This document shows positions 12,493-27,118 of a stretch of DNA of 64,000 nt, in pieces. The stretch is from Eledone cirrhosa (Eukaryota), in the NCBI GenBank assembly GCA_964016885.1, contig OZ024740.1:384834001-384898000 (forward strand), in the 5' to 3' direction. The first letter of the stretch is position 1; each line of letters opens with the position of its first letter. The notes under the pieces were generated by a model. That model did no database searches. It saw nothing but the letters and a program-made list of their open reading frames with translations, and was not told the origin of the DNA. The position numbers and the translations under genes were made by a program.

Positions 12493-15400
12493 AAACAGCA
12501 TAATAGTTTTATACCAAAGGAATGATGTTAAACACATTGCAAAGAAAAAACAGAGAAGAAAAATATGTTCTTGTTTTTGAACCAGAGACGGGGGTGGCAG
12601 CCTGTTGTTATTTTGCCTCGCCGCCTCTGCGTGATTATCCTCAACAGAATATTCTTGTTAGCTGGTTATGCAGGTAGGGGGATGTACTGCTTATTGAGTA
12701 AGTAGTTACTACCTTTCAATTCAAAAGTATTCGGACACTGGCTAGAAAGTGGAGGGCTGAAGAATGTCATGTTACAGGGAATGATATTCTATTCGGATCA
12801 AGCAAAGGTCTATAAACTTCGACGGAGTAAACAATGGAAGGGGCGAATTCAGGTTCATATCAAATAGAAAGAAAATATTGTTAAGGTTAAAATTGTTAAG
12901 AAGTTAAAATTAATTTTAGGAATTAAAATTGACTGATTAAAAATGTTTAAAAATTTAATTAAAGAATAACAGAGTCCGTACAATTTGCCGGTGAAGTACC
13001 ATATGCTAGGCAATCACCAATTACCTGTTATGTTAATGATTCCAATGATAGAGTTGTATAAATCTGAGACCTAATAAACAAATAATATAATGTTAGTTAA
13101 GCTGAACTATGTCACTATCCGTTTTGGATTCCTCTCGTAGTTCAATGTTATGGAGTCTGAAATAGTCCCACACTATATAGGGAATCGAACCTGTCCAGCC
13201 TCTTGTCATTTTACTTTATGATATATTTAACTCCGTCCCCGCACCATTAGCAAAATTCTACATCAAAGATGGATAAGTTAGATAATGCCGAGTGCTTTTC
13301 TCATATTACATCATGATTAACATTGCAGAATGACCAATTCTACCCAGCGATGAACCGCCAAATTAAAAAGTGTATATACAGACACAGATGAAAGAGGAAG
13401 CTTTTGTCATCCTTTATTCACAGAGAAATATAGATTTGTAACAATTGGAATAGTTTCTCTTCAAAACGAACATTTCTGCGTTTCTGTTTCATCTTCAGTT
13501 ACTCGTGTAAGAAATAAGTATTTCCTAAGTGGCAAAACTGAGTATAAGCAACTCAAAATCCTTCTTCGCGACGTGTTTCGCCTCTGCATATTTTCGTCAA
13601 TAATCATGTATTTGGAAAAGCGTTAATCTGCTATTTCGGAGACACTCCTATGAAACATTTTCCCTCCTGGTGTTATTTGTAGTTTTTACACTTGAGTTCT
13701 ACACACCTTTTCCAAGAGATTTTGGTAAATCAGTGTCTGTCTAGCTAAGACTGTGTCGCGTTACGTAGTATTTCCTTGTTCTGGATTCATAGACTCATTG
13801 TTTAAGGTTATCTAAAGATGGTCAGCTGAAACGTTCATATGTTGAACAAGATATTCTCAAGGAATAACCAAATTATATTTATTTTTCAATATAGTCGCTG
13901 GAGAGAAACAATGCAGTTATTAATAAGAAGAGTTGAAATAAATGCATGTAATAAATGCATTTCACAGCTCTAGCACAACTCTTTCATAGTCATCCCAGAG
14001 TATCAAGGTATGTCTTTAATGGACTGTTTATCGTGCATACACCTTACAAAAATCCTATGTATCAACATGTACAAAGACATGTTGTAAATACCTGGAGTCA
14101 TTAAACTATTTATTTAGTATGAATCCATTTTTTGTACTCAATGTTTCCTTGTTAAATTCTTCCAAATACAAAGAATAGAGGGATGTTCATTTAACCAAAC
14201 TAAGGAAGTGAACGCCGCTTCTAAATTGGTGACCCCGACGTGATGCGACAGGCAAACTACACGTCTTGTTTGCATGAAAGTGAATGTCGGAAGAGATAGC
14301 CTTCAGCTAATGACGTCAGAACGTGACGTCAGAACTAAGGGCAGTTAATAGTCTGTTTTTAAAGCCAGACACCAGGTGGCGTCATCCTGCCCGCTTCGGA
14401 CTGCTAACCACGATTACAACGGACCGTGGAAGACGCCCCTTCTAAAAGCTTTTAGCCCCCCCCCCCCCCTCAATTTATAATCCATGTACCTGTCTTAAAC
14501 TTTCTGTTAGTCATGGCGTCTTTCATCGAAATTCTCACAACAGTTCACTTACTTTTTTCCTTCCCAAACTAACTACTAGTAGCATTTTTTGTGTTCCTAT
14601 GGTTGAGATACAGGTTCATCGTTAATGCTTAATCTCCAAGCTGATAAAATCAGATGGCAGAGAAATTCTCCTGGTTAACTCATTTCCAGCTGAGCAGCCT
14701 TGGAATACACCACAATTTTATAAACAACCATCTTTACAGTCTTCCTTTACAAGTGTTCTTGTTTATGACCATTCTGTTTTGTTGAGCTAAACCGAATTAC
14801 CTTACAATTTCGTTGATTCCATGCACATATAATTTTGTTGCACCATGCGCATTATTGTACGCATAGACAATTTTGTATTAAGCTTGATTTTCTGTTCTAA
14901 CTTCCATATACACATTACAATATAATATTATTAATCTTCTCCAAACAACCCGGTTATTGCTTAAAGTTATTGATTCGAATCCTTATATTAATATTTTTGG
15001 CTACAGCAGTAAGTAATGAGAGTTAGGGTAGCCATCGAATTTGTTATTCCATATAAAATGTGTATGATCAATGACTAAAAACGTATTTTCAAATATTTAT
15101 ATTATTGGAATCGTATAATGCATGTTTGCTTGTTTGGAATAAATTAACATCCGGCGTCAAACACAATGATTCGATTCTACATATTCAAAATTAGTTTTAG
15201 ACACTGGCTGAGGCATATATGGCACCTCTTGCCTGGTGGAAATTCAGCTGCATCTTTACGTGCATAGCATCACAACTATATGTCATAGCGATAGTCATAT
15301 TCTTGAGTTGTCCAAAGCGCTCTGCAACAGTAAACAAATTTAGGAATATTAACTAGAGCATAATATAACATTCTTGATTATATACGCATGTTACACATAC

Positions 15401-16980
15401 ATGCAAACATACAGGCACCGACGAGAGAACCTGTACATTGCTTGATCGGCTTACTGGAAAATTAGCCACGTCATCGTCATATCACACCCTATCCGCTTTA
15501 AAATGAATACAGAAGACAACGTGTTCCTATGTACACAGTGCTTGAAGAAAAGATAAGATGATTACGGAAGGAATGTCTTAAATCAAAGACCTGATCGGTT
15601 AAGGCTGATCTAGAGGATAAAAAACAACAATAATCAAACAATCACACATAGATAAAACGATTTATTTCTTTATTTTGTATATGTTTATATTTTTTAATTA
15701 TTCGCTTATATATTTGTTATCTGCCTTACTTTCTTTTCTATTCTTTCCTGTCCTCGTGGCTACCTTACTCATCTGTTTAATACGAATCAAATTCCTTTAT
15801 TTCTGGTAGAAGCCACTAGGGAATATGTGCTTTTTAAGGCTGGTGTAATGGAGTTACATAATTCCCATCGATTAACCGGCAGATTCTCACTGAAATGATC
15901 CTAAAACAGTTAAGTATTTATTAGTTAATTTTGTTATCTGTCTTTGTTCTTTCATTGTTCAACATATATATTTAGAAAATATATGCATTGATTATATAGA
16001 ACATAGGGGCAAAGTACTCAAATTGATACTGTACAGTGTAATTATTACATTTGTTCGAATGATGATCGTTACTTTGCTTCTGGGTTTTCCGTGAATCCCC
16101 GTATCCTACTAGCGATAATATATTATTGTGATAATTTACGCTCTGTATTTACGTAGACACTCCGCTAAATAAATGTAATAATTATACTCTGCAATTTCTA
16201 TTGAGCACTTTTCCTCTTGGATTTTATACATACTCCCACCTGGTGAATATAAAGCTGAATAATGGAAAAAAACATTTAATCATACATTCACTAAAAATCA
16301 CAGCCTTATCACCCAAAATCTCTATATTAAGCTGTTTATAGAGAAAACTATAAGTGTATTAAGACGAATAAAAGAGATAATTTTTTTCGACATGTTACGA
16401 TCAGTTTCGCTAAAGGAAACATATTCAGCTTGAAAGCAAAACGTCTATCTCTAAACAAAGACGTAAAGAATTTTGAAACCAACTTAACTATGCTTATACA
16501 AAAGTAAAATTCGATAACTATAGCTTTTAAATATGATAAAAGTGCATTTATATTGCTATTTTAAAAGTCTAAAAATAGATATTTGTACAACCTGATGAAA
16601 ACACACGTTTATATGATGTAGACAGAAATATAACAGTGAATTATTTAGTAAACACCATAAATATTACATATACAAAGCAAGTTTAAATACACGAAATATA
16701 TGACATAATGTGATATAACGCTACACTACACGTATGCTAAAGAACTAGAAGTACATATAATTAACATTAAATGTAGAATGATCATTCCAAAGAAATGTGA
16801 AGTTTGTTTTGTCACCAAACATTTATTTGGTTACTTAACATTTTTGAGTGCCAGAAATATATCACTAAATATATAACTAAAATTACCCAGTTCGATCTTG
16901 TTGAACACAACACGTTCATTTCTAAAGTTTTCTACTGGATTAAGAATGCCATAACATTACCCTTTTATAAATATTCTAAT

Positions 16981-17545
16981 AGAATAGAATGAAACGAAAT
17001 TTCATTCGGGCTGTTTGTTTGTTTACAAACAAACAATAATAATAAATGTTCGGTAAACCGATACGTGCTTATATATATGTGTGCATGAATATATATATAT
17101 ACATACTACTGTACGTCTGTATACATATATGAATGTACGTATACATACATACATACTTACATTTAATTATCAGCCGTACTAAGAGTGAGAAATGAAATTT
17201 CGTTTCATTCTATTCCATTTATCGTTTTCGGTGTGCCCGGCCGACTGAACTCATTCGATATGCAAATTAGGCTGCTCAGCCGTTAATATGCATAAGGAAA
17301 ATATATACTTTCAGACGTTCAACCATCTGGCAGGAAGGTATACGATGCTGACGATAGCTAATAAGCTTAAAACTAGTACATCGTTCCTGTGTCAGTGTTG
17401 AACAAAAAGGTGACGTGGCTGCCTAAACATTGTACGGCGTAATTCGGGCTGTTTGTTTGTTCACAATCAAACAAACCGAGCATTATAATAAATGTTACTG
17501 TACGTCTGTATACATATATGTATGTACGTATACATACAATATTCT
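16981..17545 (+). mobile_element. Diverged homolog of the 467-bp unit (~437-bp period, ~1.2 copies, short inverted 5' piece)
   Basis: Same motif order as the array: gaaatttcgtttc hairpin, atcg..t.c.g, atgcaaattag, HHR, tgtttgtttaca hairpin. ttcgggctgtttgtttgt occurs at ~17005 and ~17443. 16981-17006 is the reverse complement of ~17191-17215. Confidence 0.8.
17342..17384 (+). ncRNA. Type I hammerhead, variant or mutated (AAAA in place of GAAA)
   Basis: acgatg-CUGACGA-t-agc-taataa-gct-t-AAAA-ctag-UA-catcgt; extended stem gttcaac/gttgaac. Confidence 0.7.
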
Positions 17546-19067
17546 AATAAATATGTAGTAATAAATATAGGAGAATACTCATTATGTTATAATTCCTCTG
17601 GGTAACCAAAAATATGAAAGTGAATTATTGATTTGCCAACGGAAAGCTACAACGGCGTGGAAATATCCTATACGGTCGGTTCATATATATAAAACACACA
17701 TTAACATAGTATTACACAGAGATAACCGGTTCACTGTATCCCATAATAGGAACTGTCGTAATCGGAACAAATTTCGAAAAATGATTTGTTAGTATATTCA
17801 AAGAATTTAATCACCAAAAGTCAATAAGTACAAACCACAATGTAATGATCTTTTCTAGACATAATATTAAACAATATACATAAATAAGAGTTATAACTAC
17901 GCGCCAATGCGAACATAGCACCTTAGAAACAACGATGATGTACATTTCGAATCATCAGATGAGAAATACAAAGTTCATTTATATCATAAGATAACGTTAG
18001 TGAGAAGTCACTAAACTGAAGAATGAAAAGCAAACTTTACCAAGAATTACTAAGTATATAAATTAGAAAATTATAATAGACTTCATATATTCCCACTTAA
18101 TGGCTTCAAATAGAGATTATAAAATGTTAAATAGTAAATCTGTTATACATGTACTGGATACAGAGGGTCACAAATTCCCAATCATATTAAAGAAAAATTA
18201 AAGATACTATCCAACTATTCCAACTTGAATGTAATTGAATAAATATGATTCCCTGCTCCCTTACCTGAAAATATATGTCGACGGAGCTGTTATTAAGACC
18301 CTATATAGAATCTATAGATTCGACGGAAATGCATATATGATTAAAATGTACTCAAAACCCGATATATAAAACAAACTCGTTCCAATTCCTACTTCCTTGT
18401 CAAAATATATTGTGTACTCAAATGCCAGATGGGTATGCCATCTTAGGTTAAATGCATCAATGTTACAATGTCACAATAGAGGTGGTAGTAATTGAAATTT
18501 AGGTGCAGCTGAGAAGCTGAAAATATTAACTCCGTCCCTTTATATCATAAATATGAATGAAGAAAGAATTTTTGTCCACTCATTAAATATTAAACTGCAC
18601 TGTTGCACACATACTTAGAGCGGATGCAGATCAGTCAAAATTGTAAAGTTTTACACGTAAAATTAAGTATTCAGTGTAATACGTGAAAACCTACGCTAGC
18701 CTCCTCTACATATGGTTGAACATATGAAGAATTCCCAGTATGCAGGCTAAAATACCTTTGATTTACCGTGTAGACCAGTTACATGAGACATGACAATGCA
18801 GATGCTCAAATTACAGGAGAGAGTTAACCCATTTAAGTTTAGATGTTGCACCTATAGTAGTTAATCGGTTTTGCTTTTTTCATTTAATGTTTTTTACACT
18901 AAATCTTTAAGTCCATAATGAGTGATTTCATGACAAAATTTCAGCAATATGTTGCAGAGAGCAATTTCCCGTGAGCGGTCCAATATTTGTCATAAAATGA
19001 TCGTGGGTATTCCAGGAATCTGCTTGATTATACTATAGGTACCTGGGCTGTAATATTAGCTTTTGAT

Positions 19068-19195
19068 TTAAACACAAGGACAGCAAATTTTTGGGAAGAA
19101 CAAAGTTGATAAATCAAGCCGAGTACTTAAATGGTACTTTATTTTATCGTTCGCAGTAGGGTGAAATACAGTCCCTCAGTGAAATTTGAACAGAA
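19068..19195 (-). mobile_element. tRNA-derived SINE, decayed
   Basis: cacaagg.cagcaa...tggtactttattttatcg...atttgaac matches the other copies. Confidence 0.6.
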
Positions 19196-20737
19196 AATGT
19201 TTTATCGTATAATTATCCATTGCTCTATAAAGACAGCCAATCCAGCACCCTTACGTGGACTGTAAAATTGATATCATTCCAATAAAGCCTGAATAAATGT
19301 TTATATATAGATGTGTGTTATTTATGTACACATACGTGTGTGTATGTATGTGTGCGCGCATGTTTATTAGGGCTCATAAAACTTGTAGAAACCATATTTA
19401 TTTCAGAAAGTGTAAATTAATTTTGAATCACCTAGTTCTGTTTGATAAGTTTGCGTTTCAGTGATATATACTCGCAAATTATTCGAATTTTAGTAAAGTT
19501 ATAATTTATAACTTTATTAGATCATATCAGTTGTAGATATCTCCATGTTTCAGAAAATTTATATTTTTTCTACTAAATGGAAAATGTAGAAAAAAGTAAT
19601 ATAGAGTTCAATTAAAATTTAAAATGGTTTACTTTCACTAAGTTGTGTTAAACTTTTAAATATCTATTTTGATATAAATAACATTTAAAATAAGCATTTT
19701 GAGTTTTCTGTAATAGATGTTAAGCAGTATATGAGTTTCTTTTGTTTTCTTTTTCTTTAATCAGAACTTACTTTGGAAATTTCATTCAAACTACGCTATT
19801 TTGATAAGGTATAACACCGTCTTCTCGTTTCTTCATTTTTTTATTTATTGCATAAATTGCCGACATATTCCGTAGCAAAGCATGATAATATTTATCTTCA
19901 CCGAAGCAAATACTTCTTTCAAAATACTTCTAACTAATTAACTCAGAATTAATTAACACAAGCTGATAAAAATTGCGTGGTGCTTAAAACAATTGCTGCA
20001 GGGGAAAAAAGAGAGTAAAATACAAGTATTTGCTCTCTTATTGTTTTTTTTTTCTTTTCCTTGTTTCTTTTCTTTTGGTTTTTCAACAGTTTAGAAGTAC
20101 GGCGAGATGGTATAGAGAATATACTATTGTATCAGGTCACTGATAATCAGAAAGGAAATATCGTTTGAAATGGTAATTTGAAATTCTGAAGTGTATAATA
20201 GCTTTAGGAAAAGTTACAAGCTTTGAAAGGAAAATATTAGGCTAAATAATTTCTTAGAAAAAAAATAGAATATTGTGTAAAGACTTCTTTCTTTCAAGCT
20301 TCGATTTTCATTCTAGCTTCATAAATTATCTGTAAAAAAGTTCAGTACAAATGATCACTTCATTATGGGATCTTGTGGCTATATCTCATTACTGATGTCA
20401 GTATATTATTTCGTAAAATATCTATCTACAGAAGGTGCAAAATGGTGTGTTTTTATGAAGCTAATCTGAACATATAATTCATACTAAGTTCTCTTTCTCT
20501 CGCGCTTTCTCTCAATCTCTCTTCTCCTTCTATCACCTTCTCTTTCTCTTCTCTTCCGTTCCCTCCAATCCATTCCTTCTCTCTTTGTCTCCATTTTCCC
20601 ATGTACCTTCGATTGCCTTGGTTGGACACTGAACATGCGACGCACATGATGGGATGAATGAGTTTGGAGAAGAAGAAATGTGGACAGGGGAGGAAGAAAA
20701 CAAAGAAGGTGGAGGTGGCACTGCGAGACAAAAAGTC

Positions 20738-20794
20738 AAAGAAGAAGAAGAAGAAGAAGAAGAAGAAGAAGAAGAAGAAGAAGAAGAAGAAGAA
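20738..20794. repeat. (GAA)n microsatellite
   Basis: Seen directly. Confidence 0.95.
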
Positions 20795-21459
20795 ATCGGA
20801 TTTTTAAGCGCAATTATTCTCTAATTGAGCTATATGCACGTTGCTAGTAAAAGAGTGGGACAATGTGTGGGAGTTTATGTATGTATGTATGCATGTATGT
20901 ATATGGATGTGATGCACTGCAAATAAAGGTTATTGTTGAATATAGATGCAGATTCAAAGAATGCTGATGATATCACCATTTGTTAAGTGTATTATTCTTT
21001 ACTAAATATAGCTTTTAAGATCCATATGATAGAATAAACTATATCTATAAGGTTTTGTCTAATTAATGAATTCAATACATTTTTGTGTAGCTCATTCGAG
21101 GTTTTCTTTAAACTACTACAATGGACATGTAGTACCAAACGCCTACCGTGATTCAGACAGAATACGAACACAATGAAACTGCTTGATTACAAATGCTGAT
21201 AAACGATTTAGCTCTTACCATATAGATAACATAATATCGACCAGTATACCATATTGACAGCATTATATGTAACACGACGTTTTACTAGCATGCAAAAAGA
21301 AAACATGAAATCTGCTGAATTGCCAAATGGACAGCGATTACAGTTTCAATCAATGCCTTCACTGAAGATGTTTGAATAAAGGAGCTATACTCATTAGAAA
21401 TATACAACTACGAGTCTGCTGTTGAGCTTCTTTTTGATTCCCATACGTTAATCTTAGTC

Positions 21460-21610
21460 AGAGGTAGCAAATTGACAAAGTCGTAAGAACGTCGGTTAGA
21501 ATACTTTACAGTATTCGTTCCGGCTCTCTGCTGCCAATGTCAACTTTGTTTTTCATCCATTTTCTGGGTTGATAAAAATGTACCAGTTCAATACTAAGGT
21601 CGATTATTCC
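21460..21610 (+). mobile_element. tRNA-derived SINE, decayed
   Basis: gtcaactttg.ttttcatcc...gttgataaaa..gtaccagt core. Confidence 0.6.
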
Positions 21611-24600
21611 TCTATACTTCTTTCTCACTTACACTCTCTCACTGCCGATCCTTTTCTGGAAGAAATTGGCTGTTACATGTTTCCATATATTCACTGTAAA
21701 GTTGCGACTTAATCGAAAGCTATAACAAGATATGTTCCGGTATGATCATTCCGTTTTTCTCCTTTTAAGACAGTATAAATATTTTATTTATTTATAGTAG
21801 TTATATTTCGTTTTACTAATTTAAAACGTATGATCACGTTTATGTGAGGATATAAGGAGCCATAATTGATTGACATTGTTTTAGCAAGTTAAGAGTAATA
21901 CTTTTATATGAGCGGAAAATTGCTGAGAGATTCCGTGAACCCAATGTAATTTTCAGAGCCCCTAGATTGATAAGGGATGGATTAAGTTATCTTAAGATCG
22001 GATACCATCCCCAAAGTATCACAACAGAATGGATGTGGCTAAATGTAGCCAATAGCTAAAAGGTGGTTTTAACAAAATGACGGATGGATTAAGTCTACCC
22101 GCCAAGTTAGTGACGATGAAATTTGAATTGAAAACACAAAAAGCCCGAACAAATACATCGAGGCATCAGTTCTGATAGTTAAATGATCCTACCAATACAC
22201 CTGGTACTATATTTATTGATACCCGGAAGAAGAAATTTGATAGTATTTGAACTAAAAATGAAAGGACTCGCAAAATATAACGCAAGGGGATTCGAACCCT
22301 TTAAATATATAGATATGTAATTTGTATGTTTTGATGGGTTGTTATTCATGAATATATCGTTAGTCGGCTTTTCTGAGTTCAAACTCAATAAACGTGGGAC
22401 TCTTCATTTTAACTCTATGTGTCTATCTAATGTCATGAAATGAATGAATGAACAACTAAACAAATGTGACCTACATAAGGGTGTTTAAAGAATTCATTTA
22501 TCAATTATCTGTGCCTTCATGCTGCCATCATCTTGGTATATGCCAGACTAAGCATTTCACTTTCATTACGGAGGAAAATAGCGTAAAAATATTTCCAGTA
22601 ACCTCTGCACAAAATGATATTTTCACTGTGTGGTTAGAAAGTTCGGTATTTGCAGAACTAAATCCTATGCTTTGTAAAACATTCGTAAATGTACATCTTA
22701 GAAAGTAAAGAGTAATTGCAATCGGTGAAATTGCGGTTAACACCTCCCCAGGAATTCAACCGATTCTTTGAAACATAATAGCTTCAGAATTATGTAGGAA
22801 GAAACCGGAAAGATGTTTCACATTGCTTATTAACCGGAAAGATTCAGAGACAAACTAATATCTTTATAGGATTACGCTAAGACTAGATTGACAGAAGAAA
22901 CCATATATAACATACTATTTAGGGTTAATATTCCAGAGGGAAGTATTATCTATTATCGTTATATATTTCCCTTCAAAACATCAATGAATGGTTAACAAAG
23001 GAGGATACGGAAATAAATATTTTTTTGTTCCAATGTAGATATCTGGTTACTCAATAGCTAAAAGATTATAATAAATAGTGACAGTCAGTAGAATTTGGTA
23101 GGCTTGAGATCTTTGTTCGCCTGAATCGCATAAAAATGAAACAAGAAAGGTTTATGTTATTTGAGACAGAGATGAACGTTTAAGAGGCCTTTTGTCAGAG
23201 AAACGTTGGACCATTTTGTTAGCATACACACATACACTGCTATGATATACTTATTTACATAAATGGAAGTGGGATAAAAACGTGTGTGCGAGAGAGAGCA
23301 CTGGATTATATTACGTCCGATACAGGGCATTTAACTTGAGCAAGGCAATACCCGGGCATTTATGTATTCTTCAAAAGCGAAACTCTGGCCGTCAAACATT
23401 TTGCGGTCCCCATTCGGACAGAACAATTTGTACTATACTCTCTGTTTCTGGGACGATAACCTGGTGAATCCTGCCCTTTGTGGTACGAGAGGGTAGTGAC
23501 ACCCTATTAGAAGTCAGCCACTTCGGAGGCAACACTGGTCGGGCATAAGTTTGGAGATCCCCTTACATATTACACCTGAAAAAAAAGAAAACATCCTTGA
23601 CCTCATTCAACTAGCGGGTAGCATGACTCTATCGTGGTTATTGGGGGGGGGGGGGCATGTTGTCATTTGTGCGGATAGAAAAGCCACCTGAGAGTTGTTT
23701 ACCTTCAACCGAAGATGTGAACCATAACACCAACACCAATAGCAGCAGCAACATCAAAAGCAAAACCAATACCAGCAGCAGCTGCATTAACACTCGAAAC
23801 AATATCAACACCAACAACACCACTACATGCAGCATCAGAAACACCTGCATCACTAACAACAACAGCCAGAATCAACAAAACCACTCAAAAGGTCTTACAA
23901 TTACACACACACTAACTCCCTCACAGTCATACCATAACACTCGTCTGAGTCAAATGACTCAGACAGAGAAACCTCTTCTCTCAGCGAAGAAGTGAGGAAT
24001 ATCAAAGCCAAAAAAGTGTGTGTATCATGGTATCTGTATGCCAAAGACGTTGCATTAATACCAAATATCTCTATATATATATTTCAAAGCAATAATCAAA
24101 TTTCTCTACAGAAACTGCCAGTCTTTTGACATCTGATATTTATAATTTAGTTATTACTAGAAATTATTACTGGAAGACAGAAAATCAGGTTGAGAGATGT
24201 GTTAGACAATACACTAGGGGCTAGTAGTCCATATTGACTTTAATGCTGTTTAGGATTGACTGTTATAAACAGTAACAGCATTGACAACTTGACATGTGGT
24301 TCGTTCGTTTAGAAAGCTAAGATCAATTATACGCTTAAGTAAAGTAACCGTTAATAGACTGGGTGCGCTATTTGTCTCTAATTTATTTAACATCTTGGAG
24401 ACACTGTCAACGAAGATAATCAAAAGCTTGGTGTACTACTACTACGTGTATCCGTGAAGGGACATTTATGCATGAAACCTATAAGTAGGTGTATGAAAGT
24501 TGCAGGCGAGCAAGCTGATAACTGAGACTGGACAATTGGATGAAAAACTGATAGTTTGTAATGCGTCACTTGTGCTGCACTTTTCTATGTCCAACATATT

Positions 24601-25899
24601 TAATTATTCAAGGTTCGATACATCTAGCCATTGAGTGGAGCAGTGTATGTTATGTGAGAAAGATTGATATAATTATTGAGTGCTTCCTCATCTTGCAGTG
24701 TTGAGTTCATCACTTCTCCTAAGAAAATATGTTTCTGTTGTATGTTACCGAGCAATAGATTGATGTAGATAATGTTCCACAGAGTTCAATCTGTCAAAAA
24801 CATCTTCAAAGGTATAGAGAAACATACAATAGAACGCATGAACATCAAGAACAATAACACCCACAGTTACAACTACAACAGTTAAATCAGCAACTTCAAC
24901 TACATCAACAGCAGCGCCAAAAATAATATCATCAAACAATGAATGAGATAAAACGAAATAGTTCAGGGAGAAGCCATCATGGAAATACCAATCTCATTTA
25001 AAAAATGACAGGTATTAATTATTGACAGTGTGCTCAGTGTATGCAGCACCAGGTCTCATTAATTAACAAATAGCACATAATTGAAATGAAGCATTAGTAA
25101 TGAATAGTTGTAGAATATTGTTGTTTCTGTTCCAATGTCCAAACCATATATGTGTGTATATTTTATAAGCATGTGTCTAGATATGTAGTTCCTGATGCTG
25201 GTACGAAGTCTGTGTACAGGTAGAAAGATGTTTGTGCATATAAACTATATATATCTATATAGACATATTTCAATCGGGATTATGCACAGGCTAACGCATG
25301 TACAGACACTCAGAGTAATTATTATTATTTTTATTATCTTTGTTGTTTGATCAGCGAAGACGTACGTGAATATCGTTCGGTAAGTTTTGCTGACTTCCAA
25401 GTATTTGCTTTGCATTCATTGTTATAATTTTGGTACAAATTGTTGATAGGGCACCACACATTGCCCTGTGAAAGGAAGACTCTGCAATTTTGGGCCGATG
25501 GCCCAAATATTTGAACTTCAGTATTTGAAAATATTTTTTCTGTAAAAAGAACATGAACGGAGTACACTCCCCCCCCCCCCTCCCCCAACATTAAACTAGT
25601 TGTCACGTAATAGCGGCTCAAACGTTGAGTAGAGTGACACTGCCCCTAATCCCATGATGAAAACTACCACCACTTTAGGCAGTATCACCAACAACAACGA
25701 GAACAACAGCACCAACAATATGTACAAAACAAACCAGACCAACAACAGAATTAATAATTACTGCAATAACAACAGCAACAACGACAACACCAACAGCAAG
25801 AAAATCGAAAACAAAAGTGGGAACTTAATAATGAGATAGAATGATGTCAAAGAGTAAGAAACCAACTAAGCCGGATGTGAAAAAAGATAACATAAACAT

Positions 25900-26435
25900 T
25901 TACTCCAGTGATGTCAAACAGTTTGTTACAGAAATGGTAAGCTGGAAGGCACCTGGCCCTAGCGGCCTCCAAGTATTCTGGTATAGGTAAATGAGCAGCA
26001 TTCATGATAGGATAGCCAAGCATTTGAACAAGTGCTTGCAAATTGAGGAAGTCCCGAGTTGGGTGACCAATGGTCGAACAGTCCTTATCGTGAAGGAAAA
26101 AGCGAAGGGAAATGTGGTTGCCGATTACCGACCAATAGCAGGCCTGCCAATCATGGGAAACTGTTAACTAGGATTATTGGAAACAGGATATACAAACATC
26201 TCGAAGTGGTGAATCTCCTCCAAAATTAGCAGAATGGGTGTCGTAGAGGGTCCAGAGGAACAAAGGACCAGTCGTTAATTGATAAGGTAATTCTAAGGAA
26301 ATGCAACAGAATGAAAATGAACACGGCAATGGTTCTCATAGATGACAAAAAAGCCTACGACATGATCCTACACTCTTGGTTAATGGAAGCTTTTAACCTT
26401 GTAGGTGTAGCAGATGACATCAAGGAAATTCTGTT
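25900..26435 (+). mobile_element. R4/Dong-like LINE RT fragment
   Basis: WKAPGPSG...GRTVLI..K...DYRPIAGLP...QNGCRRGSRGTKDQ.LID...IDDKKAYDMILHSW. Confidence 0.85.
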
Positions 26436-26439
26436 CAAC

Positions 26440-26790
26440 TATACGTGCATTCTCATTTCCAGAAGATCTTTACTCTTCTCTTCACATCTTTGGTTAAACT
26501 ATTCCTTACCAACCATTTCACCTGCATTAATACCCATATCTTCTCCTGCATATTGCAACAAATTTTCGTCACTCTTTACCAAATATTCTGCAAGCGTTCT
26601 GCTTTCACTCCTTATACAATAATTCACACCAATCTTCCTCTTTATGTGCAGTCTGATTATATTTGTTTTAGGGTGTAACGTCCCGTAATAAACATTCTCA
26701 TCTTTTTATCCAACTTTGCTATTTTTGCTTCAGTCTACATAAGAAAGGACGTACTGTATCTACCCACTGCAACAGCCCAGATGGTCATTG
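26440..26790 (-). mobile_element. R4/Dong-like LINE post-RT fragment, inverted relative to the adjacent RT piece
   Basis: Minus strand: IWAVAVGRYS....LDKKMRMF...LHPKTNIIRLHIKRKIG. Confidence 0.65.
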
Positions 26791-26819
26791 CAGGACTTAT
26801 CATCATTATCACCATTACC

Positions 26820-27118
26820 ACTGGCAGTATCAGTAGGTCATCGGACAACCGCTTTGCGGCTGAGCGCTACGTCTCTTTACATTCTGAGTTCCAATCACGC
26901 CATGGTAAAATAAAGTACCAGTAACGTACTAGGGTCGATTTAATCGATTTTTCCCGCCCCTAATATTGTTGGCCAATTTCAACATGTGAGTTTAAATTCC
27001 ACTGCAGTTTGCTTTGCTATTTCTCCTTTCGGGGTCGATAAACTAAAGTACTTGGGTCAATCTAATCGACTACCCTCACCAAAGACTTTTGGCCTGTGCC
27101 TAAATCAGAAACCATTCT
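26820..27118 (+). mobile_element. Two tandem tRNA-derived SINE copies
   Basis: ctgagttccaatc...aaataaagtaccagt; second copy ctttcggggtcgataaa...ggcctgtgcctaaa. Confidence 0.65.

Noticed and set aside
13470-13835. Three HHR-like fragments (CUGAAGA..GAAA at ~13475-13500 minus; UUGACGA..GAAACACGUC at ~13568-13600 minus; CUAAAGA..GAAACGUU at ~13812-13835 plus)
   Set aside because: No stem I pairing; may be old relics or chance matches
14311-14332. Two TGACGTCA (CRE) sites
   Set aside because: No associated gene or clear LTR; probably a short local duplication
18495-18540. Minus-strand GVNIFSFS resembling a large DNA virus capsid motif
   Set aside because: Short match with no supporting ORF
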